A stretch of 57,724 nt of DNA, filler included, from Sphacelaria rigidula (taxonomy: Eukaryota), in the NCBI GenBank assembly GCA_964200075.2. It is 6 parts of 6 records of this genome, joined end to end, with 100 filler letters (N's around TTAATTAATTAA, not from the genome) between each part and the next. Parts side by side here need not be neighbours in the genome. Positions count along the whole stretch, not along the records: positions 1 to 9,538 come from CAXNAA020008267.1; positions 9,639 to 19,176 come from CAXNAA020008268.1; 4 more parts are not named here. One strand, written 5' to 3'. The position numbers and the translations under genes were made by a program. The notes below the pieces were generated by a model that saw only the letters and a program-made list of their open reading frames with translations, was not told the DNA's origin and searched no databases. This document shows positions 1-13,712 of the stretch, piece by piece (the first letter of the stretch is position 1; the number at the start of each line of letters is the position of its first letter).

Positions 1-93
1 TGAGAAAAGATTCCAGATTGCTCCGGGAATCGAACCCCCCAACTCAACGATCAGAAGGTTACGACGTTACCAACTGAGCCACCGGGGCGACCG
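1..93 (-). mobile_element. tRNA-derived SINE head (same family as 18732-18922), cut by contig end
   Basis: Minus strand reads CGGTCGCCCCGGTGGCTCAGTTGGTAAC...GGTTCGATTCCCGGAGCAATCTGG: Pol III A and B boxes. Matches 18732-18820; the cloverleaf does not close. Confidence 0.7.
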
Positions 94-3000
94 CGCAGTG
101 TGAAAATACAACGCTCAACATCGTCGTGTTGTATGTGTCACATTTTTCGAGTCGTATTGGCTCGCATACACTAGAGTCGAGTATACCAATTGCAAACAAG
201 AAATGGTACTGTATCGAGAAGTAAGAGCCATCGAACGACATATTATGGTTACGGTTATCCTCATGTTTCGGTCTGATCTCGATCGACACGATCCACCGGT
301 TGTGCATGTCATTTTTAGAGGAGCAGTTGCGAGTAGCCTAGAACCGTTCATGTAGAGATAGGTGAAATATCATCTGGTGAAAGTCGATGACATGAACGTA
401 CCGCAGCCGAGAACATGCTCCATTCTTGTCAGGGAGTATGCCATTTAGACGAGTTCGAAATCCCTTCTTGTCTGTATCAATGCATCACACTAACGTGTCT
501 CGATGTATATCTGTTGAATCAGACGGAGTCCCACAACGAATCTGATTTCCCCAATTTTAGGATTTTTCCCCAGGTTTTGTGCCCGAACCCAACGTATTTC
601 TGAAATTGCATTATGAACGAGATACACACTGAGAAAAGGTTACGCTGAGAAAAACAGGGGGTCGTACGCATTGTTTTTGGGCACTTTTGACGCATGGTTT
701 TCAGCACTTTCATGGTTGGCAGACTCGGAAAAGGAGCGATTTAGAATCGTACGGAAGAAGTGCACACGAACGCGACAATCTTCCAGTTGCCAGCACATGC
801 ACAGCACGCTGCGCACTGCCTGTTGTCAACGTAGTTCCCCAAGGTTGTGTTGTGTAAGGGATCCCCCGCAGTGGGGCATTTTTGGTCGGTATTCCAAGCC
901 ATGCCGGAATGTGGACCGAGTTTTTTGGTATGGCCCGGCAAGGTATCGAACCCTGTACGAACACTCCGCAATGGCTCGGAAGGATATTTGCCGCTTCAAG
1001 ACTTTTTTTATACGAATGTAAATACCCGGGTTTTGGCCGGTATACCCCGCAGAGCACAACCTTGGAAGTTTCATTCGGACGGGTGCTTCACGAACACACG
1101 CGCATGGCGCCCTACCGATGCGGGAAAACCCAAACGCTTTCCATTTACCACCGAACGCTACAAGTGCCGTAATAAACACAGTTCAAAACATACCCCGTTA
1201 CGGTACCAAATGTAGACGAGCCTCCGTCACCAAGCTGCGTGATACACTGACGGCGGTATAGTACAGTGTACGGGTGGTATCATGCGATAGCCACGGCGCG
1301 GTCTTCGACGGGGTTACACGATAGTTGATCTGCGTCACCGGTAACGTAGTCATCCTCGGATTGTTTCGTGCTGGTCGACTGAGATTTTGAAGGCAATTTT
1401 CATGACTCCTGCCTCTTACAACGCGCGATCGAACGGCGCGAAATAGCTCAAAAAGCAATATGAAATGAGAAATACACTGCACTGGAAAGATCGGTCGAAT
1501 CAGGAACCCAAAAAGGGGTGCTCTACCACGTTGGTACACATGGGGGTGGATGATCGGGAGCAACAAGCGCCCCGAGTTGTGGGATTTTTGATTGCATACT
1601 CAGTCTGTAGGGGTAAAATGAATTGAACTAAATTGCGTTTCGACACCTCAGGCTTGTTCGGAGAAAAAAACGTTTTCTCCGAAATTATTGAGAGATGTCT
1701 TAACTGGATCAGGCAATAGATCAACTGAAGACTATACAGATTTTTCCAAAACAAATCTAGCGCCGGATATTTTTTCAGTGTCATTCGGGAAGATTTTGGG
1801 AAAAATGCAGAAGAAAATTGCTGGGAGAGTAAACAAATAATGAATAATTGTCTCGTGAGCAAGACACCGGAGTTCCCGTTGATATTCTGCTACTTTGTAA
1901 GGTGCAGTACGTGTTTCATGTATCAGCGAGTCAAATTGATGAATTAAAATGACCGTTTGAGTATATTTGGTCTGATTGGACAGATTTCATACATTAGTTT
2001 CTACAGTACAGTGAAGTACGAGTTCAAAAAGGTCGAGTCACGAGATCAACTCGCTCAGACTGCATACACTGGCTATGCCTAGTGGGCTTGAGTTAGTTAC
2101 CAAATCTCAAGTTCACCCTACGCTTGAGAGCGACAGAGGTCAGGCCCTACCCTCTCTCCGTCTCCTCGACCCCCCTCGCTCTCGACTACTACCTTCGTTT
2201 CGACTGTTGGGCCACATAAGCACCGCATACACAATTGAGCGTTTTAGCTTGTGAGGAAAGGGCGTGGGCGTGACGGCCCCCGTTCACCCTCTGCGCGAGC
2301 CCATCAAGTACCATACGCAGGTTATTTTCCAACACGCTGGGACCGCGGGGCGCTTTTCGTAGAGAAGCCCTCGGTGGACATTTTCTTTCAGGATAACACG
2401 TCATTTTGCGCCACTTTACAATTCATTCTCGCTCATCGACGGCTTCTGAAAACGTGGATCTGAGGTCGAGGAACGCTAGACATGATGCACTGATGCGCCC
2501 ATCATGTAGTCCACCCATGACGTCAACGGAATCTCTCTTCACCATGTATAAATGCGATTACCGCTAGCGTGATGTCCATCTCGCAACTCACGCACGCGGA
2601 TACTCCGACACTCGATATCAACTGCTCGGCATATCGTCACAGACTGTCCTCATGTCTTTGATCCGATCTCGCACTAAGCCCGAACTCATCTGCCCTACAG
2701 ATTTGAAGATCTGAAGTACCGCCCTGCGTACTGTCGCGGGCCGCGATCGATACCAAAGTTGCAAAAAGACATGCTCCAGATATACCAACGGAGAGGCACA
2801 CAACACCTCCCGTCTCTGGTAGAAGTTCCGCCCCAGGTTTCAAAACTGCCCTTTTACGAGAGCTGAACGGTATTACTGCCTGATGCCAAGAAATGATGCT
2901 GCCACTCAAAAACACCAAGGGTGCATGTGCGGATCATGTCTCCACCGTGGTATTCGTATCTCTTCAACATCTGACTAGCGGTTAGGTGGCGTCAGGCGGG

Positions 3001-3524
3001 GGTTTAACGCCGAATTAGCGCGCAAAATCAGCGGCCACAATCCCTGATATGATCGGGCGGCTCTCAAAACCGAATCGCTGGCAATCCGCCGATCGCCCTC
3101 AACATGTTCGGCGTTGCGAGTAAAAAATCCTGAAATTCGGCGTCCGTCCACCTACTTTTCGGAGTAGTAGTAGCCACACATGCGTCTATTTCTTCGTGCT
3201 ACATGTCAACAATTGATAACCGATTTCGCACACCGCATATGTTGCATGAGAACATGCCGTATGTCTCCCACCCATCCGCATATGTTGCATGAGTACATTC
3301 TGTATGTCTCTCACGCATCACCGGCCGACGCCCCCTGCTCCCCTCTCTACCGGTTATGGGGTGTGCCCGGGAACGGCAGAATAAATCAGGTTTAAACCAT
3401 CTGTCTCATAGGGAAGGGGGTTAATGGAGATTGGCTAAGTCACAGCATATCGCTTGGGCGATGAAAACGCATTGTTTACACACCGTGTGATTTCCGGTGC
3501 AACGGCATACTTGGCACACTTCCA

Positions 3525-3695
3525 GCACCTCCTCTTTCTCGGGACGTGTCCGTGGTTTCAAGAGATTAACCCATTTCTCCCCGGTACACGCCTCCTTACA
3601 TTCTGGCATCGCGGATTGGATCATGACCAGCACCCCTGCACTGCGTCGACTCTCGCCGGATACACTCTTGCTGATACTCACATCTCCACGTTTCC
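3525..3695 (-). mobile_element. SINE-like dispersed repeat (second family)
   Basis: Colinear similarity with 12688-12850 in another contig (gtccgtggt.tcaag.gat.aacccat...gattggatcatgac). Confidence 0.6.
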
Positions 3696-6262
3696 GACGG
3701 CGGTAAATCTGGAACATTCCAAGGGAAACTCCGAATGCAAATGTCGGGAATCAGGCACATTCTTCCTTTCTCATGGCTTTATTTGTACAACTCGACCCCC
3801 GGGGCACGGCTGTGGAGTATACAACTAACATGTGACACAGCATGTTTTACCTCGGGTACGTCTATGATGTGACCATGACGGGATCCCTGGGGAATAAGTT
3901 GATGTGCGACGATCACTCAAATCAATCAAACAAAATGTTCAAATGCCCTGCAAAGCCCTGCGAAGTAGTCCCCCCCTCCCGCCCCCCCAACCCCCCTCCT
4001 TCCCTCCCCTCTCCGCTCTACCCTACTTCATCGCGCGAAGATTGTGCGTGCGTGTCTCGAAGCGCAAGGTGCAGGTCCATCCACCAGAGCAAGATCTGCC
4101 GGACGGCGTGTTGAAGTCACGCCAAGGAGGGGGTCTTTTGGTCAGGTGCGAGAGACGTGCAATGATGGGCGGGGCGGCGGCAAGACATGGGGAGTATCGT
4201 TATACGTGCCTTGGGAGCTGCGTATCCGAGAATGGTGCTTGATTATTTACGGTGTCGGCTTATGTTCGCATTTCTCACCCGGGGAAAATGGGCGAAGCAT
4301 CGAAATACCTCATTGTTACACATAGAGATCGCCTTGGAGTATATTGTCCTGAGCCTCGGCATGCTGGCTACCCACAGCGCGAAGGAAGCTCTAACAAAAG
4401 AAGCTTGAGAAGCAGACTTGTCGGCCGAGTGCCGTGCTGTCACGTTCATGGAATAGATACGAAGTGTACTACCACACAAAGGGATCAGGATGTCTATCCC
4501 GACGTTTAAATATTTCCGCTCACGGTTTGGGAAAACAATGCCCCCTGTATCCCATTTAACCTTTCGAGGCCACAAGAGGAAGTACAAAAAACCGTCCGTC
4601 CCTGGTGGCGCAAAATCGACAGCTACGCAAAGTTTACCTTGATTGGGGCAAGGCCTAGACCTAGCAGTCACCGGTTGATCGCGCAAATTCGACATCGGGC
4701 GCCTCCGCGGTATCAAAGCAGCACCCCAGACTACACACTCAACGCTTTGGAAGCCCGTTCTGTTAATCAGCTGATGTGCTAGTATGATGACCACAAGACA
4801 TTTCATAGCTCATTCGATGCCAACCAATACGTAGTGGGCGCCTACAATCCGACAGCATGCGGAACGCGAAACTCCATAAATCATAGACTTGGCATGAACC
4901 GATGTATGTACATATATATATATATATATATATGGCAATGAAGTAGTATTGGGTATTTGACCTACTTTGCGATTCAATCGCCGGTGCCTATGAGGGGCCC
5001 TCACCGGGGCTTACTGACCACGAATTCCTGGCTCCGAATCCTCATCGTTGATGACTAATCGCGAATATCATGCAAACATACAACAAAACGTGGCCCATTC
5101 ATGCCACTACGTGCGACAAGTTATGAAAGTGCTCTAGATGGACGTCGCTTCCTGAAGTTGTAGAACGGATTCCAAGGTATTCCAAGGACAGCCGTCGAAC
5201 GGCCATACACCACGGGAGCTCATCCGTTTTCTCGCCCCGCAGCTACTCTAGCAAGCGAGGCATTGTCCGCGAAAGGCAAAGGCACATCCGACGAGACGTA
5301 TCCATGCATTGAACTATGTTGACGGAGTTTAGTGTACCTTGGATATGTCGGACTTCTGCCCGATTTTTGGTTCATATTACTTTTGTTTCTTGTGCAATAA
5401 AGGTACCAGAGTTCTTCTCTCATACGCGCGGAAAATCTGCAAGGTCTGATGAGACGGCAATCAGAAAACTACCGATTCGGAGTTCACGCGATGAAGACGT
5501 CATTTTCTTTCCTTTGCTATCGGCCCGTTTCTATTCTGTTTTTATGTTGTCTCTCACTTTTGTCCAGTTTGCTGCTCACTTCGTCCTATCTTTATCCATC
5601 TTGCCTCTCTCTCTCTCGAGTTCTCTTGAGCGATTGATTCCGTCCTGTTTATCGTGTTTACGGCCATCGTGTAACAGCAAATGGATTACTCGGGGATCAG
5701 TTAGTGTGCAACATTCAGCCAACCAACCAAACACTCTACCGATCAACGGGTCAAAGAACTCGTTTCCCATGTCGTAAACAGGGAGTACACACGGACTGTG
5801 GAGTTATGGCACGGAGACGATGGCGTCATGTCAGTGGCAATCGCGAATATTAATAATCGATGACTGGCCATTCAGCCTGTCATCTAGGCTTCCCCGTGAG
5901 CTCTGATCCTGACGGTCTGCAGTAGCTTCGTCTAGCGCTGAATGTTTCCGCAACAGGACAATTTTCAGATTGACTGAAGGGAGCTGCAGAACTTGCGCCG
6001 GGCAAAAGATATCCCCTCGACCACACGGCCAACACGGTCAGCCGAGTCTAGGGAGAGTTGTCTAGCTGTGCCAACCCGCTGCTGTAATAGCTGTTGCACA
6101 AGGAAGACATGCTTTCAAAGTGAATCAACTCCCGAGATCAACAGTGATGATCCCGGAGGTATCCTTTTGCCCCGCGACAATTTCATACCTGTAGGTTCGT
6201 TGGGCTTGTACGGTTCGAAAAGAGCCGTGCGAGGTGGGGGCGGTCTCGGCAATGTGACAGGC

Positions 6263-6562
6263 AACGACGTTTTCGTGAGAGTGAGAGTAAAGCACTGATG
6301 GAAAGTGGCTTCGACCATTCGCTTCAACTTAGCCATTTTTTCATTCCGCGTGTGCTTTTCATTGCCTCTATCACTTGCGTGTGCTTACGGCTACACGTCG
6401 ATATTCTACTCAGGGATATCAAGGGCCTCAGTGGCCAGCTACTACAGAAAGCATGTTGAGCCTCGTGGAGGAACATTTCGGAGCTGAAACGATTTATGAC
6501 CTAATTGACCGCTTTTCCCTCCCAATCGTATCCTCTACTCTCAATCTCACGAAAACACTGTT
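6263..6562. mobile_element. MITE, ~300 bp, TIR ~AACGACGTTTTCGTGAGA(T/G)TGAGAGTA
   Basis: Imperfect terminal inverted repeats; a second copy at 12528-13048 and a fragment near 31125-31185. Confidence 0.75.
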
Positions 6563-7896
6563 AGACGTGAGTTTAATCGAATACAGAATATCGCGATGAA
6601 GCTTTTCACAATATGTCGGTTTGACCAGAGTCATCGAAGCAAACAGCGCACTATACAGTAAACGACACCACAGTTTACGACGGTGCTCGATAGGTTGGAG
6701 TGAACGGCCGAAGCCGAAGACGCCCGAAATTTCTTCTCAGCGTACTGCAAGATTGAGGTCAACTCTCGTGTGGTGTGCTCATCACTTGGCTTTACTACAG
6801 CAGCGAGTCAACCCTTCTTAACAGCGGGGGTAAGCAGTATATATTTTCAGCCGTAGATTCCAAGACGCCGCGTTTTAGCTCGAGTGCCCTTGTAGCCCAC
6901 TGTAAAACGATGCGATCAAAAACGATTTTTGTTTGGGAATGAGCCCAGCGATGTATATACCCTCAACTGTCAAGTAACCCCCGCAAAAGTAGTACTCGCA
7001 GCGAATGAGGTGACGCCACGTGAAAAATACGCTAAAAATGAGTTTCTCAAGAGCTGTGTGAGAAACGAGGGTTCCTCTGATTCTGTCTATTATCATCAAG
7101 GCGTTTTGATTACGGCGTCATTTTTCTCGTCCTGGTGATTTTGAGAGAGCAAGCGCGACTCAAGGATGGCTCACTTCCGTCTCAAACACACGGTCATACT
7201 GTCGGCATGCGCGTTGCAGTATTCATTTCCTCCCCTTTTCAAGCATCTGCGTTCGTTCGGAATGGCCGAGAAGTAAGAATATTCCAAACAGCTGGCATGC
7301 TGCAGCAGCTCGAAAGTACCTAACCTGGATTCCAAAATTCCGTATCGCGACCGCTTGTGTCTGAACGTGTGGCATGTACCCCATGAAGCGTGTCAAGTAT
7401 ACTTCCCACGTTCTCGGCCGTGGTTTGCAAGTTGGGACTAACGATGGTTATCTTGGGGTCTTTCCCGAAGCCGCTGAATATCCTTGCTACCAAGCGTCCT
7501 CGAAGATTCCAGACACGCATATATATATATATATACACACACAAGAGTTTCGGCGGCTTCGCCGCTAAGACCAGTGGATCGACATCCCAAATACATGAGC
7601 ACCGGTGATAGCTTTGTGCGTTGCGTAATGGCAAAGATTATACTTTGGAGAAGGCCGTAGCTGCTCGCCACCTGAGTATGTTATGCGTCAAGCTTTAATG
7701 TTGAAGATGATGCCGATTTCAAAAATGAATATATTTGCCTCGTTTGTAATCTGAAGAGGAACAGAGCTGTCGCGTTCATAGGGACACATGCAAAGGCTTG
7801 ACACAATGAACGATACCTTCGAAGGTGGACCTCTGGAACGCATTGCCCCCGCAAAAAACAAAACCATACAGCACCAGCCGTAGATGGTCATTACCT

Positions 7897-8095
7897 GAGC
7901 TGTGCGTGACCTTGCTTAATGAAATCTGTTCAGAGTTGGATGAGAAACAATGATTTGTGTAAGACGCGCGCGAACCGGTGCTAATCGCGTGCGTTGCGAG
8001 GTGGCACAGGTAATACTTCGAAGAAAACGCCGTAGCTGCTGATCAGCTGAGCACGTTGTTTGTCCTGTTTATCCAGACCGCGAGGGTAGGTTATC
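7897..8095 (+). repeat. Dispersed repeat copy (probable non-autonomous DNA transposon fragment)
   Basis: Colinear with 8683-8875 and, more diverged, 7597-7685; contains GACCGCGAGGGTAGG, which matches the TIR at 14066-14171. Confidence 0.6.
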
Positions 8096-8682
8096 TAGTC
8101 ATGCTGTGGAGATCGCCATTTGGGGATGTGCGGAGAGATTTCTTTTATGACGTGTAACCTAGTGAACGGCTGTTGCAGGCAGGGGTAGTTCTCGCAGGAG
8201 CCCCGAAACTCCAATATCTGTACAGCCGGATATGAGACCCCAAGGTAACAGGGATCTTCCCAGCGAACTTCTGGCTATCCCTGGGGATCACTTAGACTTA
8301 GACTTCGACTTTGTCTTAGGGATAACTCGCTCGCGCTCGTCGAGCTTCCCGAGTAATCCACTTTGCCTCAACCCCACGAATTACGGTCAATCCTTGACCA
8401 CATATCCCGAGGAAAGTCATCGGCCACCTTCAACGGTTCCTACCGTCACCGGGAGTCTCACGACTTTCATAATTCAGTGTTTTTCAAGTAAAGCTGATGC
8501 TGATTCAACAGATGACCCGTGCTCGCGGTCAAAGAGTGACGGACTTGCACAAAGCTGTCAAGGATCCAATGAGAGACGATCCGGAAAATGATGCCTATTC
8601 AATGTCTGGAGTGATGCCGACTGATAATCGAAGAAACGTTGCACGTGCCGCGCCTCATCGTGAAAAACAGTTGCTCGTCACT

Positions 8683-8945
8683 CGAGCTGTGCGTGACCTT
8701 GCATGCGTCTGTTCAGAATTCAATGAGACACGATGATTTGTGCAAGACGCGCGCGAACCGGTGGTAATTGCGTGCGTTGCGCAGTGGCACAGGACATACT
8801 TCGAAGAAAACGCCGTAGCTGCTTGTCAGCTGAGCACGTTGTTTATCCCTTGGAGCGCGAGGGTAGGTCATCTGGACATGCAGTGTATGTTTCAAGCAAA
8901 ACTGATGGCGGTTCCACATAGGACACATGCTCGCGGTCAAAGAAT
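8683..8945 (+). repeat. Dispersed repeat copy (same family as 7897-8095)
   Basis: gagctgtgcgtgaccttgc...gacgcgcgcgaaccggtg...gaagaaaacgccgtagctgct; ends near ctcgcggtcaaa. Confidence 0.6.
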
Positions 8946-9538
8946 TACGACCTCGCACAAAAGCTGCTCAGACGACTCAAACCTGCCAATATAGAAGCCG
9001 TTGCTTATAGCGCCTCGTGATGAAACAAATCGCATGCACGGTAGAGCAGCAGCCCAAACACAGCAAGAGGGAAGTACAGCCGAGACGATGCGACATGCGA
9101 GCAAGGTCACAATATGCTCGACGTGTGCGCCTAGAGTGAAACGGAAAGCGATGGCACTTTGCCACTTCGTACAGTTCCCATTCAAGTGAGAATGGTGTCG
9201 ATTCAATTACTAAGTCAAAACGACGCCAATTACACGAATGCATGTGACCTATGTCCGGTCGAGAGGTGACATCTCCGACGGTCAAAGGGTCCACCGAGAA
9301 GTCCACCGAGGAAATGCATCAAACGGAACGCATCGCAACGTCAAATGCCATGCAGAACACAGCGCGGGAAGTGTATGCACTCCAAACCCAGTAGAACCGA
9401 AACACACCGTAATTTCCAACGAAATGTAAGCGAAGAGGCTGATATGTATAATCAGCGAAAACGTTAAGTCTAAAGAGCCATGCTAAGATTTGGGGGGGGG
9501 GGGGGGGGGGGGGGGATAACGCGCAAACAATACATAAC

Positions 9539-9638
9539 NNNNNNNNNNNNNNNNNNNNNNNNNNNNNNNNNNNNNNNNNNNNTTAATTAATTAANNNNNN
9601 NNNNNNNNNNNNNNNNNNNNNNNNNNNNNNNNNNNNNN
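9539..9638. other. Artificial contig spacer (44N-TTAATTAATTAA-44N)
   Basis: Identical 100-nt linker with stop codons in all six frames; recurs five times at ~9.64-kb intervals. Confidence 0.98.
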
Positions 9639-9692
9639 CCCCCCCCCAGCCCCCCCCGACGGGGGGCCCCCTGGTGAAGCCGCGGGCGGGCG

Positions 9693-9732
<40 letters not shown>

Positions 9733-10807
9733 CTAGGAGGACATGAGTTTACCCAGCGGGTTGCTCATGTCAGTTGGATCACTCCTACAGCCAGTGCGGA
9801 GACGTGAAGTGTATGGGTTTCATACCGTTCTTGTAGCGGTCTCCAACTTTCTCCTTCGACATGAGAGTGCGCGAGGGCGCAGTGCGCAAACACACCACCA
9901 CAGGTGGGCACGGGCACACCAAATAGAGAACAACAGTGCAACACATCCACCAGTACAAAAATGAAATACTCTCTCACACGTCTATGTAGTTCATGCCCAT
10001 CATATACGACAAACTGACATCGGGATTCGTTTACGTGTTTACTTTTGTGCGTATCTTCATTCCGTTATGGTTCACCATGCCGGTGAACCCCCCCCCCCGG
10101 CCCCGCCAAATATGTACGAACGATCTCAAATACCCTGGAACCAACTATCAACGAAAATTACTGTTCTGAAAACGTTGTTGCGTCCTACGGGTCGAAACTC
10201 AAATTTTGTACGCGTATCACGGACAAGTGAGTGAAGATAGAAAGGCACAAGCAAGGCGAGAGGGAAAATTTACAACATAGAAAGAAAAAATGCAAACAAA
10301 CCAGAAAAAAAAAAAAATGCAGGAAAAAGTGACAGGAGGTGAGATGGAATCATGCACGAACGGGGCAGAAAGAGGTGTGAGAGAGACACGCTGTGCAATT
10401 TGAGCAAGAAGGTAACTCACTAGAAAGGGCTGCCAAGCAAAAAAACAAGGTACACATGCGACACTGCATATGACAATGCATCGCTGTCAACACTGTGTAT
10501 GCCGAGATACACAGTGGCGGTCCCGCCATAGTGCGGTCCTGTGAAGTGCGAAGGTTCCGGAGCAGTGCGGACACTCTCTACGATAGCTTCCCCCCAAAAC
10601 CAGCCCGAAACTGGCACGAAGAAAATGATCATACAGCGTCTGATGTTTGGTTTCAGGCTGCACGAAGCGCCTCAAATGGGCGACATTGGCAAAAACGAAC
10701 CCAAGCGTGGAATTCTCAGCTGCTCATTGTTCTCATTTTGTTTTCATTTTGATTCACGTACAAATTTTGCATGCTGAAACCAGCGACTTTTTCTTTTTCT
10801 TTTTTTT

Positions 10808-10920
10808 GGGGGGGGAGCGTACGTACGTGTTGCTTGCCTCAGTTGTTTAACCATTGACCAAGCATCCCTTTCGAAAACGGAGCACCGTTCCTACTCCTCG
10901 TAAAGATACCTCCAACATTC
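10808..10920 (-). mobile_element. 5'-truncated copy of poly(C)-ending LINE 3' end (family 1)
   Basis: Reverse complement of the 38265-38370 LINE terminus, abutting a G-run. Confidence 0.75.
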
Positions 10921-11224
10921 CGGCGCTCATTACGTTTCTTGCATACATCGCAAGGAAACATTGGGAGGGAGCGCTATCGTAGAAAGTATCTGCGGTCGAA
11001 ATCTCTTGTCACAACTGGGATCTGAAGAAATCGCAGAATACCAGTGTAGTGCGGGGTTCCAACATAGTGCAGTCATGACGCACTGGCGAGCTATCGCACT
11101 ATAGCGGGACCCCAGATGTAGTACCATATATTAGTAGGCGACTGAAACAGGCACACCAACAACAACGCCAGTCGGCATCAAAACCAGCAAATAAATACAC
11201 AAACAAAAACAAACACAAACACAC

Positions 11225-11279
11225 CTTCTTCACTTGTTCGAGCTTGTCGGAAGCGACGTTGTAGGATACCATCAAATAC
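11225..11279 (-). CDS. hisG: ATP phosphoribosyltransferase exon ((K)YLMVSYNVASDKLEQVKK)
   Basis: cag|G...AAG|gtgtgt splice sites; phase-2 join with the 13481-13611 exon gives ...GYITAEKYLMVSYNV..., typical of the HisG C-terminal regulatory domain. Confidence 0.85.
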
Positions 11280-12527
11280 CTGGCGCCGCCGGCCACAGCC
11301 GCCCCCGCCAAAAAAGACGGCAAAAAACAAAGGAGGTTAAAACAAAAAATGGCAACGATGAAATGGACGAAACAACAGTTGAATTATTTCAAGTAATGAA
11401 ATCCTAGAGCAAAAAACAGAGCATATGTCTTGCACACGCCCTGGACACAGTACATGGTTAGTAGTTGCAATAGAAGAAAAAAAAAGTACTGCGTTAAGTA
11501 TAGACCCATTGCAACTCAATGTCGGATGTAATACAATAGTTGCAATAGGCGCATACTTTATGCGGCACAATTTTCTTGTACATACTGCAACTGTTGACCA
11601 TGTGTTGTCCAGGGCGTGATATCTTGGATACTGACTACTTCGAGATCTTCCTTCACTCCTCCGCGCAAACATTTATTTTCGTTAAAAAGCTTCTTTTTTT
11701 CTCCATTTTTCCGGGGCCATTACGGTTTTCTCAGATGTTTCTTTCTTTCCGCAATTGTCAAACTTTTCATTCAAGATACCACGCGAAGAGAGTCATTCTC
11801 CAGCAGAGACAAAAACAAAAACAAAACAAAAAACAACATGAACGATCTCCGGAATTTCTTCCGGTCTGTAACTCATCAGCAAATATATACGGCAGCGGCG
11901 ACACCGATAGAATATATACCCTGAGGTGGCGTTGCTGGCGTTGCTGGCTGAGGCACGCACTTACTGCCGACAGGCGTTCGACACATGACGTACTGTGTGT
12001 TCATGATCGACGCCGTGTTGTTTTTGTTCATGACCGCTCATGGGTTCGTTTCTCACCAGGAAGAACTAAAAAAAATGGAAATACACAAGCCGCACAGGAC
12101 CGGGGGCTTCGCCCCGGTCCCGTCCGTCTTTTTCGGGGGTCTCGGTATTCTCCCCTTGCCAAGCCCTCCTGAGAATAAATCTTCTCTCGAAATATCCATG
12201 CCCGCCGGACACATCGCAGGACCACCGCGATCGCGCGTCCGTTCGAACGGTCGCGAATGCATGTGTACCCCCGCACAAGCTAAAGCACGAATCCCCTAAC
12301 CGGGCCCCTAGCGTTGGCATTGGCCCGAACTGTCATCTCCCGGGGCGGGTGCGGAGAAACTTGCACGCTAAAATCAGCGATAAATCTCGTGGATGCCTCG
12401 TTCCAAAGTATGTTTGACGCTCGTGAGTTCGACATATTCCATGTACATACTACATATATACGCTATGCTGTGACCGGCGGTCTCATTGAAAGTGCGCCAA
12501 ATGCGACTGTACACACGAAAGGGATGC

Positions 12528-13048
12528 AACAACGTTTTCGTGAGATTGAGAGTAGAGCGCTGATTGAGAGTGGATTTGATCATTCGATTTAACTTAGCCA
12601 ATTTTTCATTTCCGTGCGTGCTTTTCTTCGCCTCCACCATTGGCGTGTGCTTACGCAGCTTTTTTTTCCCCCCCTCACACTTTGAACCCCTCCCCTTCCT
12701 CGGAGTGGGTCCGTGGTCTCAAGGGATCAACCCATCCCTCTCCCGGTACGTGCCTTTCATTTTGGTCTTGCAGATTGGATCATGACTAACACTCCCGCAC
12801 CGCGTCAACTCACGTCACACAAACCCAGTCGACTACTTTGTTTCCTCACGTTCTCACACACACCGGGGTGCGGCAACTACACGTCGATATCCTACTCAGA
12901 GATATCAAGGGCCTCAGTGGCAAGCTACTGCAGAGAGCATATCGGGCCTCATGGAGGGGCCTTTCGAAACCTAAACGATTCATTCACTAATTGATCGTTT
13001 TTCACCCTCAATCGTATCCTCTACTCTCAATCTCACGAGAACGTCATT
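12528..13048. mobile_element. MITE (family of 6263-6562) with nested SINE
   Basis: Same TIRs and body as 6263-6562, interrupted at gcttacg..ct|acacg by a ~220-bp insert. Confidence 0.75.
12660..12878 (-). mobile_element. SINE nested in MITE
   Basis: Absent from the 6263-6562 copy; T-run at its left end, flanked by gcagct/gcaact; matches 3525-3695. Confidence 0.65.
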
Positions 13049-13051
13049 ACA

Positions 13052-13270
13052 TGTGGTCAATGAACAAACGACCAAGGCAACCAACAACTTAGTACACCCC
13101 CCCCTCCTCCCCCCCCTTTGGTTTGGTGATTGAGTGTGAGCCGGCGGAAACACGGCGTGCTCTGTCCCGGCTTCGTAGGGATTCGAGTCTACAATGGGGT
13201 TATGGCTACGGCATGCATGATTCTGAGTACACCCGCCTCCTTGTATCCTCCCAACCCCCCCCCCCCTCCT
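13052..13270 (+). mobile_element. Adjacent 3'-end fragments of poly(C)-ending families 1 and 2
   Basis: gtggtcaatg..caaacgaccaaggcaaccaacaacttagtaca(C)n followed by ...ggcatgcatgattctgagtacaccc...(C)n. Confidence 0.6.
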
Positions 13271-13480
13271 ATCGTAGCATCACTGTGCAGTGATTCGGTG
13301 TTTCAGGTCACCTCATTTTGTGGCATACTGTAGCCGCCGTGCAAGTGCAATTTTGACTTCTGACTTTCCGCGAGAAACGCCGCTGCTAAAGGCACACATC
13401 CTGTCAAGTCGATGAATTGCTTAGACTGCTATGATAAAAAGCACGCATGAAATGTATGAAATTGATCTGAGAGTACCCAC

Positions 13481-13611
13481 TTTTCAGCGGTGATGTAGCC
13501 TTCGATGCGCTCGACGATCAGGTCCGCCAGCTCTCTGTCTCTGCAGTTTTTGCCGACTATCAGGAGGCACTCCGTCTCTAGCACGTCCGCCACCACCTCC
13601 AACCCAGCCGC
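13481..13611 (-). CDS. hisG: ATP phosphoribosyltransferase exon (AAGLEVVADVLETECLLIVGKNCRDRELADLIVERIEGYITAE)
   Basis: aag|GCG acceptor and AA|gtgggt donor; the peptide resembles the HisG/HIS1 segment following the VDLVETGTTM motif; phase-compatible with 11225-11279. Confidence 0.88.
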
Positions 13612-13712
13612 CTTCATGTCAACATATATAAACATAAGGATAGACGAATATGCAATGAGAGGGGGAAACGCACACATATCCACACCTCGGGGACGATATA
13701 TGGTCCATAGTT

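Noticed and set aside
4068-4145. Possible exon after a pyrimidine tract (aag|GTG...CAG|gtgcga)
   Set aside because: Splice-like signals exist but I recognise no peptide and no partner exon.
5440-5480. Hammerhead ribozyme cores at CTGATGA sites (also ~16855, ~48990 minus)
   Set aside because: No stem II followed by GAAA, and no flanking stems.
9539-9638. TTAATTAATTAA as a biological motif (e.g. piggyBac site)
   Set aside because: Embedded in fixed-length N runs at regular intervals; it is an assembly linker.
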